DNA of 64,000 nucleotides from an uncultured Actinomycetes bacterium (GTDB lineage: Bacteria; Actinomycetota; Geothermincolia; Fen-727; JACVIW01). A program made the translations under genes and the position numbers. The stretch is from positions 9,028 through 73,027 of the forward strand of contig CAKZLU010000048.1 in the NCBI GenBank assembly GCA_937127245.1. Reading direction: 5' to 3'. The notes under the pieces were generated by a model, which was not told where the DNA came from, did no database searches, and saw only the letters and a program-made list of their open reading frames with translations. Below are positions 39,142-49,898 of this stretch, piece after piece. Position 1 is the first letter of the stretch, and every line of letters begins with the position of its first letter.

Positions 39142-40841
39142 ATGTTACTTTATAGGAAATCGTTTAAATTTCTTCCACCAAGAAGGGCGCTACTGATATT
39201 TTTTGTCTAATTTTTACAGCCATCGTTTTAGTGATTTTTTCGCAAAATCTAGCGCTCTGTCAGGATTACAGTTTCGAGGTTCCCAGACAGGAGGTTACCG
39301 CGCGCATCAATCAGGATTCATCCCTGAGCATCGAATATCGCATTACCTTTCGTAATACAAGCCCTCGCGTTCCCATAGACATTATCGATATCGGTATGCC
39401 CACTCAAAAATACATTCTTGAGAAGTGCTAGGCGTTTTTGGACGGGGAACCTATATCTGATATCAGACCGTCAACCGTGGTCTCTCCCGGGGTCGAGGTT
39501 CATCTCGGAAATAAGGCGATTGAGCCAGGGGATGAGGCTGTTTTCGAGTTCAGCGGGATAGTCCCGCAGATGGTGTTCCAGGATAAGCGCCGCCAAGGTT
39601 ACGCGTCGGTTAAGTTTAAGAACACCTGGTGGGATCACCGTTACGCCTACGGAAAATGTTATCTTCAGCTCAGCATTCAGTTTCCCAAAGGGGTTAAACC
39701 GAACGAAACTATCTATCACGGTGAGGAAAAGCCGCTTTTCACCGTTTCGAGTCAGGGTATAACTTTTACCTGGATTCATCAGGATGCTTCTCCAAGCCAG
39801 GGTTACCTGCACGGCGTCTCTCATCCCAGCCGTATACGTGACCGGAGTTTATCCGGAACAACCTCTCCCTGATTACACTCCGCCCCAAGCTCCTGGTACT
39901 TACGGCATGGAATATGAGTCGTCAGGGCCTAAGGATATCTTTGTCGCGGTGTGGTTGTCCGTATTCCTGGCCTTGATGATAGCAATTATCACCAGATTGC
40001 GGTATGTCCCGGTTGCCGTTAGGAAGCGGGGGAAGAAGCTTGCCTACATCCAGCCGAAGTTGTCTGTGGAGGGCGCCGGTCCCGCGAAAGACGTTTTACC
40101 CGTTGAGTACGCGGTGCTTGACCGCCAGGACCTCGACAGGATTGCCGCCATTGTTTTTTTCGAGATGGTTTTATGCGGAGTTGTTGAGATAGCCGGGGTA
40201 AGACCTTTGAGATTGACGAGGAGGGAAAAACCGTTGGGAGGTTTTCCCCCTTACTTCATTGATTTTGCCGAAGCTATACGCGAAGACGGAGAAGTGTCCT
40301 CTGATGCTTTACGAAAAGCGCTAACGCTCCTTATAGAAAACACGGAGGCAAAAGTCACGGGTTTTCACTTAAGGACACCGTTGAGAATTTCAAAGAACGG
40401 ATCTCAAAAGCCTGGCTTGAGGTAAAGGCAAAAGCGGACCACTCGGAGAGGGTTTCAGCTTTCATGAGAAATTTACCAACCTTAATCGCCGATGCCGGTT
40501 TCTCGGAGAAGGTTAAAGATACTTTAGGACATGGCTCATACCCTCTTAGCGGAGAGGCAATTGACACGCTCAGGCGTGCGGGTTGTCTTGAAGGCTCTGA
40601 ACTTGGCTCAATTTTGGAAGAGGGTAAGATTGAGGGAAGCAAGCTAGCACATCGTTTAGGCTCCTCATTTACTGGAATCCAGGACGGGCTTTTCCTTCTT
40701 ACCCGAGACATGGAGGAAGAGGTATTAAAAATGACCAATCCGGAGGAATACCAACGTCAATTGAGGTACAGAAGGTATTACGCAACGCGCTATGTTGGCG
40801 GCTCTGGATGCGCCTGCGCCTGCGCTGGAGGCGGTCGATAG
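39142..40841 (+). pseudogene. Disrupted membrane protein with C-terminal CACACAGGGR tail
   Basis: Four consecutive fragments join into one ORF: ATG 39142 signal peptide, frameshift in T6 (39199-39204), in-frame TAG 39429-31, frameshift near 39816-39822, frameshift in T4 (40362-65). It ends YVGGSGCACACAGGGR*. Confidence 0.75.
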
Positions 40842-40920
40842 AGGTAGAGGAAACTTCGCCCCGTTTGAGTTTTTAAGCGTTTAAGTTTTTACGCTGGGCA
40901 CCAAAGGTTTGTCGTGAAGG

Positions 40921-42317
40921 ATGGCTAAAGGGAAATTCTCAAGGATAAGAAATTTCAAAGGACCTTTCAGGGGGCTTGAGGAAAGGCTTTCAAAAGCCGA
41001 GGCGATACCTTCGGGTCTTTACCATTTCACCCTTGATGAGCAGGGCGTGCCGAGGCGCTTCCATTTGAGAGTGGAACCTGACGGGAAGGGTCTTTTAACG
41101 ATTGACGCAAGCAGAATAATCCATTTAAACGAAACCGCCACAGAGTATGTGAAATTGATTTTAGTGGGCGCAGATGAAAGGACGGTTGTTAAGCGCGTGC
41201 GTTCCCGCTATGCGGTTGACAGAAACAAGGTGCTTCGGGACCTAAAAGAGATTCGAGAGAAAGTATTGATTCTTGCGCATGACTGGAAGATATGCCCGAT
41301 AACTTTTTTGGACTTAGACAAAATCGAGCCTTTCACCACGCCGGTCAGCGTCCCCTACCGGATGGACCTTGCCCTCACTTACAGGTGTAACAACAACTGC
41401 GCCCATTGCTATGTGGAAAGACCCCGAAACTATCCAGAGCTCGACACCCAATCCTGGAAAAAGGTTCTTTCAAAAATCTGGGAAATAGGCATTTTCCATG
41501 TGGTTTTCACTGGCGGTGAGGCGACGTTACGAGATGACCTTGTTGAACTGATAGATTACGCCGAGAACGTTGGGTTCGTGACAGGTCTTTTAACAAACGG
41601 GCGCAGGCTTGTCCAGGACTCCCTAATGAAAGGCTTTCCGAAGCGGGGCTTGACCATGTCCAGATAACCCTCGAATCGCATCTTGAAAACGTACACGATA
41701 AAATGACCGGCTGGAGGGGGGCGTTTGAGGAGACCCTGGAAGGGATTCAGGTAGCGGTGGACTCCCCCGTTTACACTATCACAAACACCGCAATTACTTC
41801 CCAAAACAAAGAAACCATCGTCAAGACAGCGGAATTTCTTTGCGGTCTTGGTCTTGATGGTATCGCGATGAACGGGATCATATATACGGGTGGGGCGAGG
41901 GACGAGAGGTTAGGCGTTTCCGAAAAGGAGATGAGGGAGATACTAAAGAGGGTCCTCGATGTTACCAGGCGCGCAAACGTAAGGTTTATATGGTACACGC
42001 CCACCAGGTATTGCGAACTTAACCCTGTCTTGCTGGGACTTGGCCCAAAACAGTGTACAGCGTCTAAATACAATATGTGCGTGGAGCCAAACGGTGACGT
42101 CATTCCCTGTCAGAGCTCTTATAAGGTAGCGGGAAACATGCTTGCGGATGACTGGGAGTCAATATGGAATAATCCGGTATCCTTGTATTTCAGAGACCGG
42201 GAATACGCTCCAGAGGAGTGCAAGGAATGCGAGTTCTTTCCTCTCTGCGGGGCGTCATGTCCGCTTTCATATGAGAGCCGTTGCATACTCTGCTTTGAAA
42301 GCAAATCGTCAGGCTAA
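40921..42317 (+). pseudogene. Frameshifted radical SAM/SPASM maturase with N-terminal PqqD/RRE-like region
   Basis: HLNETA..Y.V RRE-like segment, CNNNCAHC, FTGGEATLR. One extra A in A3 at 41629-31 joins the two ORFs (MKRLSEAGLDHVQITLES). SPASM-type CTAS..CVEPNGDVIPC and CKECEFFPLCGASC. Confidence 0.82.
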
Positions 42318-42395
42318 AAGGTTTTCCTGCTCGGAAACCTGGATGCTCCTTTTTTAAAGTTGTCATGTGGTTAAAGGAAGCTCGCAGAGGGTCAT

Positions 42396-43223
42396 ATGTT
42401 TAGGGTTAGGCCGATGTTTGAATCCGCCGAGGAAGCAAGCCGCTTTTTCGCCCACCAGGCTTTGCGCACTTCCGCGATAAGAAGGGAATTATACAGGAGA
42501 GCCGGAATCCAGAGGATGAAATCCATACTTGATGCCGGTTGCGGCACCGGCGAGATAACCTCTCAGTTAAGGGAGATTACCACCGCTAACGTGACAGGCG
42601 TTGATATCGAAGAAATTTTTATAAAGTGCGCGCGATCTAACTATGGGGGTGTTGATTTCCGTTGCTCTGACTGCGCTTCTCTACCCTATGAGGATTGTTG
42701 TTTTGACATGGTGACATTCCACTTCTTCCTGATGTGGGCGCAAAAGCCATCTCGGGTTATCGGGGAGCTTTTGAGGGTTTTAAAACGTGGGGGAGTTCTG
42801 CTCGCGTGCGCTGAGCCGGACTACGGGGGTATCATCGAATACCCTGAAAACCGTGAGTTCAGAAAGGCGGAAGAGGAGGCTCTTCGCGCGCGCGGCGCTG
42901 ACACGAAAATAGGCAGGAAACTCGGATTTCTTTTAAGGGAAGCGGGGCTGAGCGTGAATCAGGGCGTTTTCGCCTCGGTAATTGAGGGACGGCAACTCGT
43001 TGAAGATCTCAGGTTCATGAAAGATTTCTATTTAAGGGATTTCACTCAAATAATGGATGAGAAGAGAGCCCGAACGTTGATCGAGAAAGAGATTAAAATT
43101 GCGGCGCGCGGAAAGGTGATGGTAACCCCCCCCTTTTTTGGGCGCTCGCAAGAAAGAATTAGACGAAATGGCACATTATTAATTTTTGCCGGTTACAAGG
43201 TTATGCGGTTTTGGCTTTCCTGA
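42396..43223 (+). CDS. Class I SAM-dependent methyltransferase (C-terminus possibly frameshifted)
   Basis: ILDAGCGTG, GVDI, LPYEDCCFD, VLKRGG, EPDYGG. An alternative frame after the C8T6 tract gives a compact WALARKN* end at 43162. Confidence 0.85.
   Translation: MFRVRPMFESAEEASRFFAHQALRTSAIRRELYRRAGIQRMKSILDAGCGTGEITSQLREITTANVTGVDIEEIFIKCARSNYGGVDFRCSDCASLPYEDCCFDMVTFHFFLMWAQKPSRVIGELLRVLKRGGVLLACAEPDYGGIIEYPENREFRKAEEEALRARGADTKIGRKLGFLLREAGLSVNQGVFASVIEGRQLVEDLRFMKDFYLRDFTQIMDEKRARTLIEKEIKIAARGKVMVTPPFFGRSQERIRRNGTLLIFAGYKVMRFWLS
43126..43139 (+). repeat. C8T6 homopolymer tract inside the methyltransferase gene
   Basis: CCCCCCCCTTTTTT read directly from the sequence. Confidence 0.9.
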
Positions 43224-43506
43224 ACTGCGGTGGTTTACTTTCTTCTGACCAATGGAATCTCGTATTTAAGGATTTTCGACTTAAGGCGGCTTTGTTTGCG
43301 TTGATCCTTTTCCCTTTTCAAACGCGCCGGGTGCTTTTATCAAATTGCCTTATTCGGTTGTAAGTCGCAGAAGTGAAGATACGGGAATTGATTCTTCTCA
43401 ATGCTTATTTGCGCAACTGGTGTAGTCTGGTCGTTAAGGAGTTTTTCAACTCAATAGAGACCGCATGGATGCGGTCGCATTATTTTAAGGATCACAAAGG
43501 GAGCTG

Positions 43507-45429
43507 TTGGAGATGAACGGACAAAAAAGTGACGAGGCTTTTCATTTTAGCCCGAGACCGAACAGAGCTTCAGAAATAAACTGGTTTCACTGGGGTATTG
43601 AGCCGTTTGAGCGCGCCCAGAGAGATGGAAAACTCATAATCCTGTCCATATCCGCTTCGTGGTGTCACTGGTGTCATGTGATGGATGAAACAACCTATTC
43701 TGACCCCGACGTAATACGGAAGATAAATGAGAATTTTGTGGCGATAAGGGTTGACAGCGACAGAAGACCGGACATAAACAGGCGTTACAACCAGGGGGGT
43801 TGGCCAACGACCGCTTTCCTTCTGCCGAGTGGCGCTGCCATCGCCGGTCTGACTTATGCCCCGCCTCAGTATTTTTCCGCACTGCTTGATAAATTGAGCG
43901 CACTTTACAAAAGCAGGCGGGAGGAAATTGAGGTCTGCTCAGTGATAGTTGAGGAGGAAACAAAATCTTTTCTGGATGCTTTCAAGTGCGGGGGCAAGAT
44001 TACGGATGAAATTTCTGATTGGATGGCGTCCGTCATAGAAAAGGACGCCGATCCGGATTTCGGCGGGCTTGGGCTTGAGCCGAAGTTCCCACCAACCGGC
44101 GCTCTGGAATTCTCAATTGCGAGGTTGGAGCGCCAGAAGGATGACAGGCTGCAAAGATTTGTGGTTGCCACGCTAAACGCGATAAGACTCGGGGGATTGT
44201 TTGATGAGGTCGAGGGAGGTTTCTTTCGTTACTCCACCGTGAGGGACTGGTCAAAGCCTCACTATGAGAAAATGCTCGAGGACAACGCCGAGCTTCTGCG
44301 GATATATCTTTCTGCGTCCCGCCTTCTTGGAAATCCGGAGTATGAGCAAACCGCAAGAAGGGTTATAGAGTATTGTCTTGATAAGTTATACCTCAAAGAT
44401 GTTCCTGGATTTTCAGGAAGCCAGGACGCGGATGAGGAATATTACCTCAAAAGTTTTGAGGGTAGAAAGGCTTTAAGCGCTCCCGCTGTGGATGAAACGC
44501 TCTTTGTTGACGCTAACTCCCTTATGATTTCGGCTCTCTCCTACGCTTCCGTTGTGCTTAATATGCCTTTCCTTCTTGATAGAGCCATGGAGATAGCTGA
44601 TTTTATTTGGTCCAATGGCTTTCATCCCTCAAAAGGACTATGTCACTACTTCCCGCCCATTACCCGCAGTCCTAAAATGTGGGGGGAGGCGAGGGATCAG
44701 GTCTTTTACCTGAAAGCCCTTGTCGACCTTTACCAGATTACGGGCCTGAGAAAATTTTTCGAAAGGGCCCTTCAACTTGGCGGTTTACTGCGCGATTTGT
44801 TCCTGACGGAGCATGGCTGGATCGGTGAGGCTTCTTCCGTCAAACGCGAGGAGGAAAGCGGGAATGATAAGTTTGACGAGGGGTTAGGCAAGGCTGAAGA
44901 AAAACTGAAAGGAGAGCCTCACGAGAATGGACCGTGCCTGAACTCTTGCGCTCGCGGGAACCTTCTATCCTGCCTGCCGGTTGATGCGCCGGATATGAAG
45001 GTCAACGGTATCGCGATCATCGCATTAGGCGCTTTGGACTGGCTTGTCCCTGTTGAGTTGACCCAGAATGAGGGATATGGCTTCGAAAATACAGCTTACG
45101 GTATCGCTGATTCACTTAAAGGGGCATACGAGCGGTTCTCGCATTTCGCCGCCTGGTATGTGATGGGCGTTCATAATCTTATCAAGGGGCGAATCGAGGT
45201 AAGGATTTCTCCGGAAGCCGGACCTGATGAGGCAAGCGAACTCATCAAGCGGTTCATACAAGTATTTGATCTGGCTACCGTCATCAGGCGCGAGAGAGTG
45301 GATGATTTCATCGAGACTGACTCGAAAACCCGCAGACCTCTTGCGGTGATATGCGCGCCTGGACGGTGTGTCCCCGTTTTCTCCATATCGGAAACTGAGA
45401 AAATCATGGAATCATTACGCACCGATTGA
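43507..45429 (+). CDS. Thioredoxin-domain protein, YyaL/SSP411 (DUF255) family
   Basis: WCHWCHVM, VDSDRRPDIN, GGWPTTAFL, GGFFRYS, PHYEKMLEDN, SQDAD. Confidence 0.88.
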   Translation: MEMNGQKSDEAFHFSPRPNRASEINWFHWGIEPFERAQRDGKLIILSISASWCHWCHVMDETTYSDPDVIRKINENFVAIRVDSDRRPDINRRYNQGGWPTTAFLLPSGAAIAGLTYAPPQYFSALLDKLSALYKSRREEIEVCSVIVEEETKSFLDAFKCGGKITDEISDWMASVIEKDADPDFGGLGLEPKFPPTGALEFSIARLERQKDDRLQRFVVATLNAIRLGGLFDEVEGGFFRYSTVRDWSKPHYEKMLEDNAELLRIYLSASRLLGNPEYEQTARRVIEYCLDKLYLKDVPGFSGSQDADEEYYLKSFEGRKALSAPAVDETLFVDANSLMISALSYASVVLNMPFLLDRAMEIADFIWSNGFHPSKGLCHYFPPITRSPKMWGEARDQVFYLKALVDLYQITGLRKFFERALQLGGLLRDLFLTEHGWIGEASSVKREEESGNDKFDEGLGKAEEKLKGEPHENGPCLNSCARGNLLSCLPVDAPDMKVNGIAIIALGALDWLVPVELTQNEGYGFENTAYGIADSLKGAYERFSHFAAWYVMGVHNLIKGRIEVRISPEAGPDEASELIKRFIQVFDLATVIRRERVDDFIETDSKTRRPLAVICAPGRCVPVFSISETEKIMESLRTD

Positions 45430-45683
45430 GGTTATGATAATTGGGATTCTGAGCCTGTCGAACTACCTTCCGGCGTGTCCGTGGAAAACAATTACCCATA
45501 TTTTATTTATCAGCGCAAAGTTGCAAAAAAGCTCCTCTTCGGAATTTCTTTTAAGGGTAGATATTAGTTATAGAATAAATCCTGAAAGACATTACCGAAA
45601 AGGAATTGCCTTAACCGGGAAGATATAGGGTGGATGTTGGGTTATGCAAGGATGAGAGGCGTTTCGAGCCGCGGGGTTGAAAT

Positions 45684-46775
45684 TTGAGTTCGCTTGAGAT
45701 TGGAATCGTAGGGTTACCTAACGCTGGGAAGACCACGCTTTTCAACGCGCTTTCGAGGGCCGGCGCTCCTGTTGCCTCCTTTCCCTTTACAACCGTTGAG
45801 CCAAATGTAGGAGTGGTCTCGGTTCCTGACCCGCGCCTTGAAAAGGTTGCTGATCTTGCCGGTTGCGAAAGGCGCTATCCTGCCAGCGTGCGTTTCGTTG
45901 ACATAGCGGGACTTGTGGAGGGGGCAAGTCGCGGTGAGGGGCTTGGGAACAGGTTCCTTGCAAGGATCAGGGAGGTTGACGCTGTTGTTCATGTGGTCAG
46001 AGCGTTTGACGCCCCGGACATCTCCCATGTTGCAGGAAATGTGGACCCTGTAAGGGATGCCGATCTTGTTGATAATGAGATCAGACTTGCGGATCTCGAA
46101 CACCTCTTAAGGCTTATTGAGAAAGCGAAAAGGGACGCCAAAAGGGGAGATAAGGATTCTACCGAGCGGCTTAACGACCTTCTGGCGCTTGAAAAACTGG
46201 TTGAGGAAGGAACAATCGACCACCGCGACCCTTCTGTTAGAAGGCTTGCCGATAATTTTCGCGGGGAGGGCATCCTTTCCCTTAAGCCAACGATAATCGG
46301 ATTAAATACTGGTGAGAATCAGGATGCCGCGCAATTTGTTGAAAGAATGGAGCGCTGGGCGGCACCCAGAGGGATCCCGGTAATTCCGGTCTGCGCCAAG
46401 ATCGAGGCTGAACTTGCCGAACTTTCTCCGGAGGAAGCGCTCGAGTTTGAGAGAGAGCTCGGGATTGAAGAGGAGAGTCTCGCCCGGGTAATTCGCGCAG
46501 GTTATGACATCCTCGGGCTTATAACTTTTTTCTCGATCGACTCTGGGGAATGCCGCGCCTGGTCTGTAAGGCGCGGAACGACCGCACTGAAAGCTGCCGG
46601 GAAGATCCACACCGATTTTGAGAAAGGTTTCATCAAAGCGGAGGTCGTCCATTATGAGGATTTCTTAAGGTGTGGAAACTTCCACAGGGCGAGGGACACG
46701 GGCTGTCTTCTGATCGAGGGCAAAGAGTATCTCGTGCAGGATGGGGATGTGATCCATTTCAAGTTTTCAAAGTGA
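45684..46775 (+). CDS. ychF: Ribosome-binding ATPase YchF
   Basis: GIVGLPNAGKTT, FPFTTVEPN, FVDIAGLV, AGKIHTDFEKGFIKAEV, QDGDVIHFKF. Confidence 0.95.
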   Translation: MSSLEIGIVGLPNAGKTTLFNALSRAGAPVASFPFTTVEPNVGVVSVPDPRLEKVADLAGCERRYPASVRFVDIAGLVEGASRGEGLGNRFLARIREVDAVVHVVRAFDAPDISHVAGNVDPVRDADLVDNEIRLADLEHLLRLIEKAKRDAKRGDKDSTERLNDLLALEKLVEEGTIDHRDPSVRRLADNFRGEGILSLKPTIIGLNTGENQDAAQFVERMERWAAPRGIPVIPVCAKIEAELAELSPEEALEFERELGIEEESLARVIRAGYDILGLITFFSIDSGECRAWSVRRGTTALKAAGKIHTDFEKGFIKAEVVHYEDFLRCGNFHRARDTGCLLIEGKEYLVQDGDVIHFKFSK

Positions 46776-46811
46776 ACGATTCGCGGGACACGAAGGCTTT
46801 TTAAAAGCCAA

Positions 46812-47645
46812 TTGCCGATTTTTTGGTTCCCCGCTTTCTCCCGCTTTAAGCTCTTTATTTTGCTAGGAAGCTTTTGTATAATAATTTTGGTTGCATTGCT
46901 TAAGCTTTCTGGTTCGTTCATGAACGATTCGCGCAAGGCTTCTATGATGAATAAGCGAAAGAAACTGTCGACTCCGCATATTGCCGAATTTTCAGAAGTC
47001 TCAGACGATGCGTTGCTCGCCCGCATTCTGGGGGGATGTTATCCCTCACCTCGGAAGTTAGATTTCGCAAGGCGCCTTATTGACAGCGCTGGCGGTGTTG
47101 GCGGATTTTCCGATATCGATTTTACTGAACTTTGTGAATTTGAGGGCGTTGGACCTGCCACCGCTTCCCGGATACTCGCCGCAGTCGAGTTCGGCTCGAG
47201 AGTGCTGAGCGGAAGGAAAGAGGGCGACAGGCTTAACTCGAGCAGGGTGGTATTCGACCGCTTCTATCCGTTGTTTGTTCGGGAAAGCGTTGAGGTCTTC
47301 GTTTGCGTTTTGCTTGACGCAAAGCTTCGGGTTATCGCTGCGAGGGAAATATCGAGGGGAACGCTCACCGCAAGCATAGTGCATCCGCGAGAGGCTTTCA
47401 GAGAGGCAGTGCGGAAATCGGCTTCCGCCGTCATATTCGTTCATAATCACCCGAGCGGTGACCCTGAGCCCTCCTTCGAGGACGTGAGAATCACAAAAAG
47501 ACTTTCTGATGTGGGGGAGCTTCTCGGCATTCCACTTATCGACCACATAATCATCGGGAGCGCCTCCTCTTATTACAGTTTCGCGGATTCCGGTCAGATA
47601 AAAGCCGCAGACCTCAAGGGCTCCAGATGCGTTTTCTTGAGATGA
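46812..47645 (+). CDS. radC: RadC/JAB domain protein
   Basis: HhH GVGPATA, ASIVHPRE, HNHPSGDPEPSFED, LIDHIII. True start is probably near 46945 (MMNKRKK). Confidence 0.9.
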   Translation: MPIFWFPAFSRFKLFILLGSFCIIILVALLKLSGSFMNDSRKASMMNKRKKLSTPHIAEFSEVSDDALLARILGGCYPSPRKLDFARRLIDSAGGVGGFSDIDFTELCEFEGVGPATASRILAAVEFGSRVLSGRKEGDRLNSSRVVFDRFYPLFVRESVEVFVCVLLDAKLRVIAAREISRGTLTASIVHPREAFREAVRKSASAVIFVHNHPSGDPEPSFEDVRITKRLSDVGELLGIPLIDHIIIGSASSYYSFADSGQIKAADLKGSRCVFLR

Positions 47646-47747
47646 GCAGCGAATTTGTTAGGATTATTGAACGCGAGTTTGTCGCGTTTGTGGTAAGACG
47701 ATTCAACGTGTCACGAAGATTGAGCAAAACGGCGCTCAGGACTCAAC

Positions 47748-48374
47748 ATGAAACATCTTGATTATTTGAGGCTGGCAAAAGAGATCATGGCGCACCCGAG
47801 GGTAGCTTTCAACGCATGGTATTTAAAGAGAAGAGGCGTTGCGATGGGTGAGAGGGTCTGGATTTCGGGCTGGGTTGACCTTGTTCTTGCCGGTGAATCC
47901 ACGCTTTCCCTTGGAAATGATGTCTTCATACCGAGAACAGTACAAATTCGCGGAAACGACAGAGGTCGGATAATCATCGGCGACAGTGTTTCCATAGAGT
48001 CTTGGGCCAGGCTTGCGGTGGCGCACGATGCTACCTTAAAAGTGGGAAACAGAGTCGGGATCGGTCCTTACAATATCTTTAATGCATTTGACGACCTCAC
48101 GGTTGGCGATGAGACGATGTTCGGTCCTTTCGTGAACATAAACTGCGCGGACCACGGGATTGAACTCGGCAAGCCGATGAGAGAACAAATGGGTACATAC
48201 GCTCCAGTCACCATAGGGCGCGACTGCTGGCTGGGGGCGCTGGTTGTCGTTTTGAAAGGGGTTACAATCGGGGATGGAGCGGTTATTGGCGCGGGGAGCG
48301 TGGTGACCCGCGACATTCCACCTTACACAATCGCCGCCGGCGTTCCCGCCAAAGTTATCCGGGAAAGAGAGTGA
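47748..48374 (+). CDS. Hexapeptide-repeat O-acyltransferase
   Basis: Left-handed beta-helix repeats, [33 protein letters not shown]. Confidence 0.88.
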   Translation: MKHLDYLRLAKEIMAHPRVAFNAWYLKRRGVAMGERVWISGWVDLVLAGESTLSLGNDVFIPRTVQIRGNDRGRIIIGDSVSIESWARLAVAHDATLKVGNRVGIGPYNIFNAFDDLTVGDETMFGPFVNINCADHGIELGKPMREQMGTYAPVTIGRDCWLGALVVVLKGVTIGDGAVIGAGSVVTRDIPPYTIAAGVPAKVIRERE

Positions 48375-48383
48375 AGAAGCTCA

Positions 48384-48872
48384 GTGAGGCGCAAGTATTT
48401 CAAAGGACCGATTCCAAATGGCGTTTCCATGTTGATATCATCACCGGACCGAACCTTATTTACAATCATAAACTGCACGAAAGGAACTGTTCTCGCTCAA
48501 AGAGCCGAGGTCGCTTCCGCTTTTCTCACCCGACTCCTTGGTCTTGCCTTTAAAAAGAGCCTCGATCCTGGTTCGGGGATGCTCTTTCCTTTTTGTTCAA
48601 ACGTTCACACTTTTGGCATGCGCTTTTCCATTGATGTGATTTTTATTGATTCCTCCTTAAGGGTTGTCCGCGTTATCGAAAGCCTTTCTCCGCGAAGGTT
48701 CTCCCCACTGGTCAGGGGTTCTTTCTGCGTGGTTGAGGTGGCTGAAGGCGACGCTTTCGAAAGCCAGACAAAAGGTGGGGATGAGCTTATTTTCGCACCC
48801 GTATGTGAAACCGCTACAAATGAGCTGGGTAGTAATCTGGTTTGTCCCGATTTTTCGGAAAGAAAGCGCTAA
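48384..48872 (+). CDS. DUF192 domain protein
   Basis: RLLGL, VHTFGMRFSIDVIFID, VVEVAEG. The start may be the internal ATG (MLISSPD). Confidence 0.8.
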   Translation: MRRKYFKGPIPNGVSMLISSPDRTLFTIINCTKGTVLAQRAEVASAFLTRLLGLAFKKSLDPGSGMLFPFCSNVHTFGMRFSIDVIFIDSSLRVVRVIESLSPRRFSPLVRGSFCVVEVAEGDAFESQTKGGDELIFAPVCETATNELGSNLVCPDFSERKR

Positions 48873-48904
48873 CGCCTCATTGGGTCGGTCGTGTTTTGAC
48901 GTTC

Positions 48905-49621
48905 TCACCACACGAGGTTTTCCGGCTCCTCCGGATTCTCGTTTTGAGTTATACTCGATATCTCGCCCGAATGCAATTTGACGACGGTATCAGCCATCTG
49001 GGCTATCGCGGAGTTGTGAGTCACCACTATGAAATTGCAGTTTTCCGCGGTTGCAATATCCCTCATGAGCCTGAGGATCATTTTGCCCGTGTCATAGTCG
49101 AGCTCACCTGTTGGCTCATCGCAAAGTACCACCGGCGGACGTTTTGCGAGCGCTCTTGCGATCGCCACTCGCTGCTGTTCACCACCGGAAAGCTGGCTCG
49201 GGAAATGGTCGGCCCTATCACCGAGCCCGACTTTATCGAGAATCTCAAGCGCCGAGCCTCTTTTTTCGCGGGGAACCAGATCGAGCGCCAATTCCACGTT
49301 CTCGCGAGCGGTAAGCGTTGGTATCAGGTTGAAGAATTGAAAGACAAAACCTACCGTTTCTCTTCTGAATGACGTAAGCTCTTTCTCGCTCAAGCGCGAG
49401 ATGTCTTTTCCGCCCACGACGATCCTTCCGGATGTGGGGGTGTCTATTCCGCCTATTAGATTTAGCATGGTGGTTTTTCCTGAGCCGCTCGGACCGAGCA
49501 CCACGACGAACTCGCCACGGCTAACCTTTAGGCTGACCTCTTTTAACGCGTGGACCTCGACCTCGCCCATCCGGTATGTTTTTGAGGCTTTATCGAGAAG
49601 TACGGTTATGTTGTCTTCCAA
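48905..49621 (-). CDS. LolD/MacB-like ABC ATPase
   Basis: [47 protein letters not shown]. Confidence 0.9.
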   Translation of the reverse strand: MEDNITVLLDKASKTYRMGEVEVHALKEVSLKVSRGEFVVVLGPSGSGKTTMLNLIGGIDTPTSGRIVVGGKDISRLSEKELTSFRRETVGFVFQFFNLIPTLTARENVELALDLVPREKRGSALEILDKVGLGDRADHFPSQLSGGEQQRVAIARALAKRPPVVLCDEPTGELDYDTGKMILRLMRDIATAENCNFIVVTHNSAIAQMADTVVKLHSGEISSITQNENPEEPENLVW

Positions 49622-49659
49622 GACCTTACCCCTGCCGGAATAACCTGTCGCTTTCTAAG

Positions 49660-49678
49660 CTATGAAACCTATGAAACC
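49660..49678 (+). repeat. 9-bp tandem direct repeat in a divergent intergenic region
   Basis: CTATGAAAC CTATGAAAC C, about 40 bp upstream of the ABC ATPase start. Confidence 0.7.
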
Positions 49679-49898
49679 GGGTCTCTAAGGATTTTAACAT
49701 TTTAAACGGAAAACAAGAGAAAATAGACCCCGAGGGATTAGCCTGGTTTCTTGCAGGACATAGAATGAGCGCCTCCGAAGGCGGAAAGAAGAACGAACCC
49801 TGACCCACAGCATTTCATTACCTTTATGAATTGCCCGAATATGACTGTTATGAGCATTTATTTCATTTTCGGCCCAGAGTCCTATAAAGTCTGGTGTC

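Noticed and set aside
46812-47645. radC as a marker of a mobile or defence island
   Set aside because: It is a full-length HhH+JAB chromosomal-type RadC among housekeeping genes, with no integrase or att sites.
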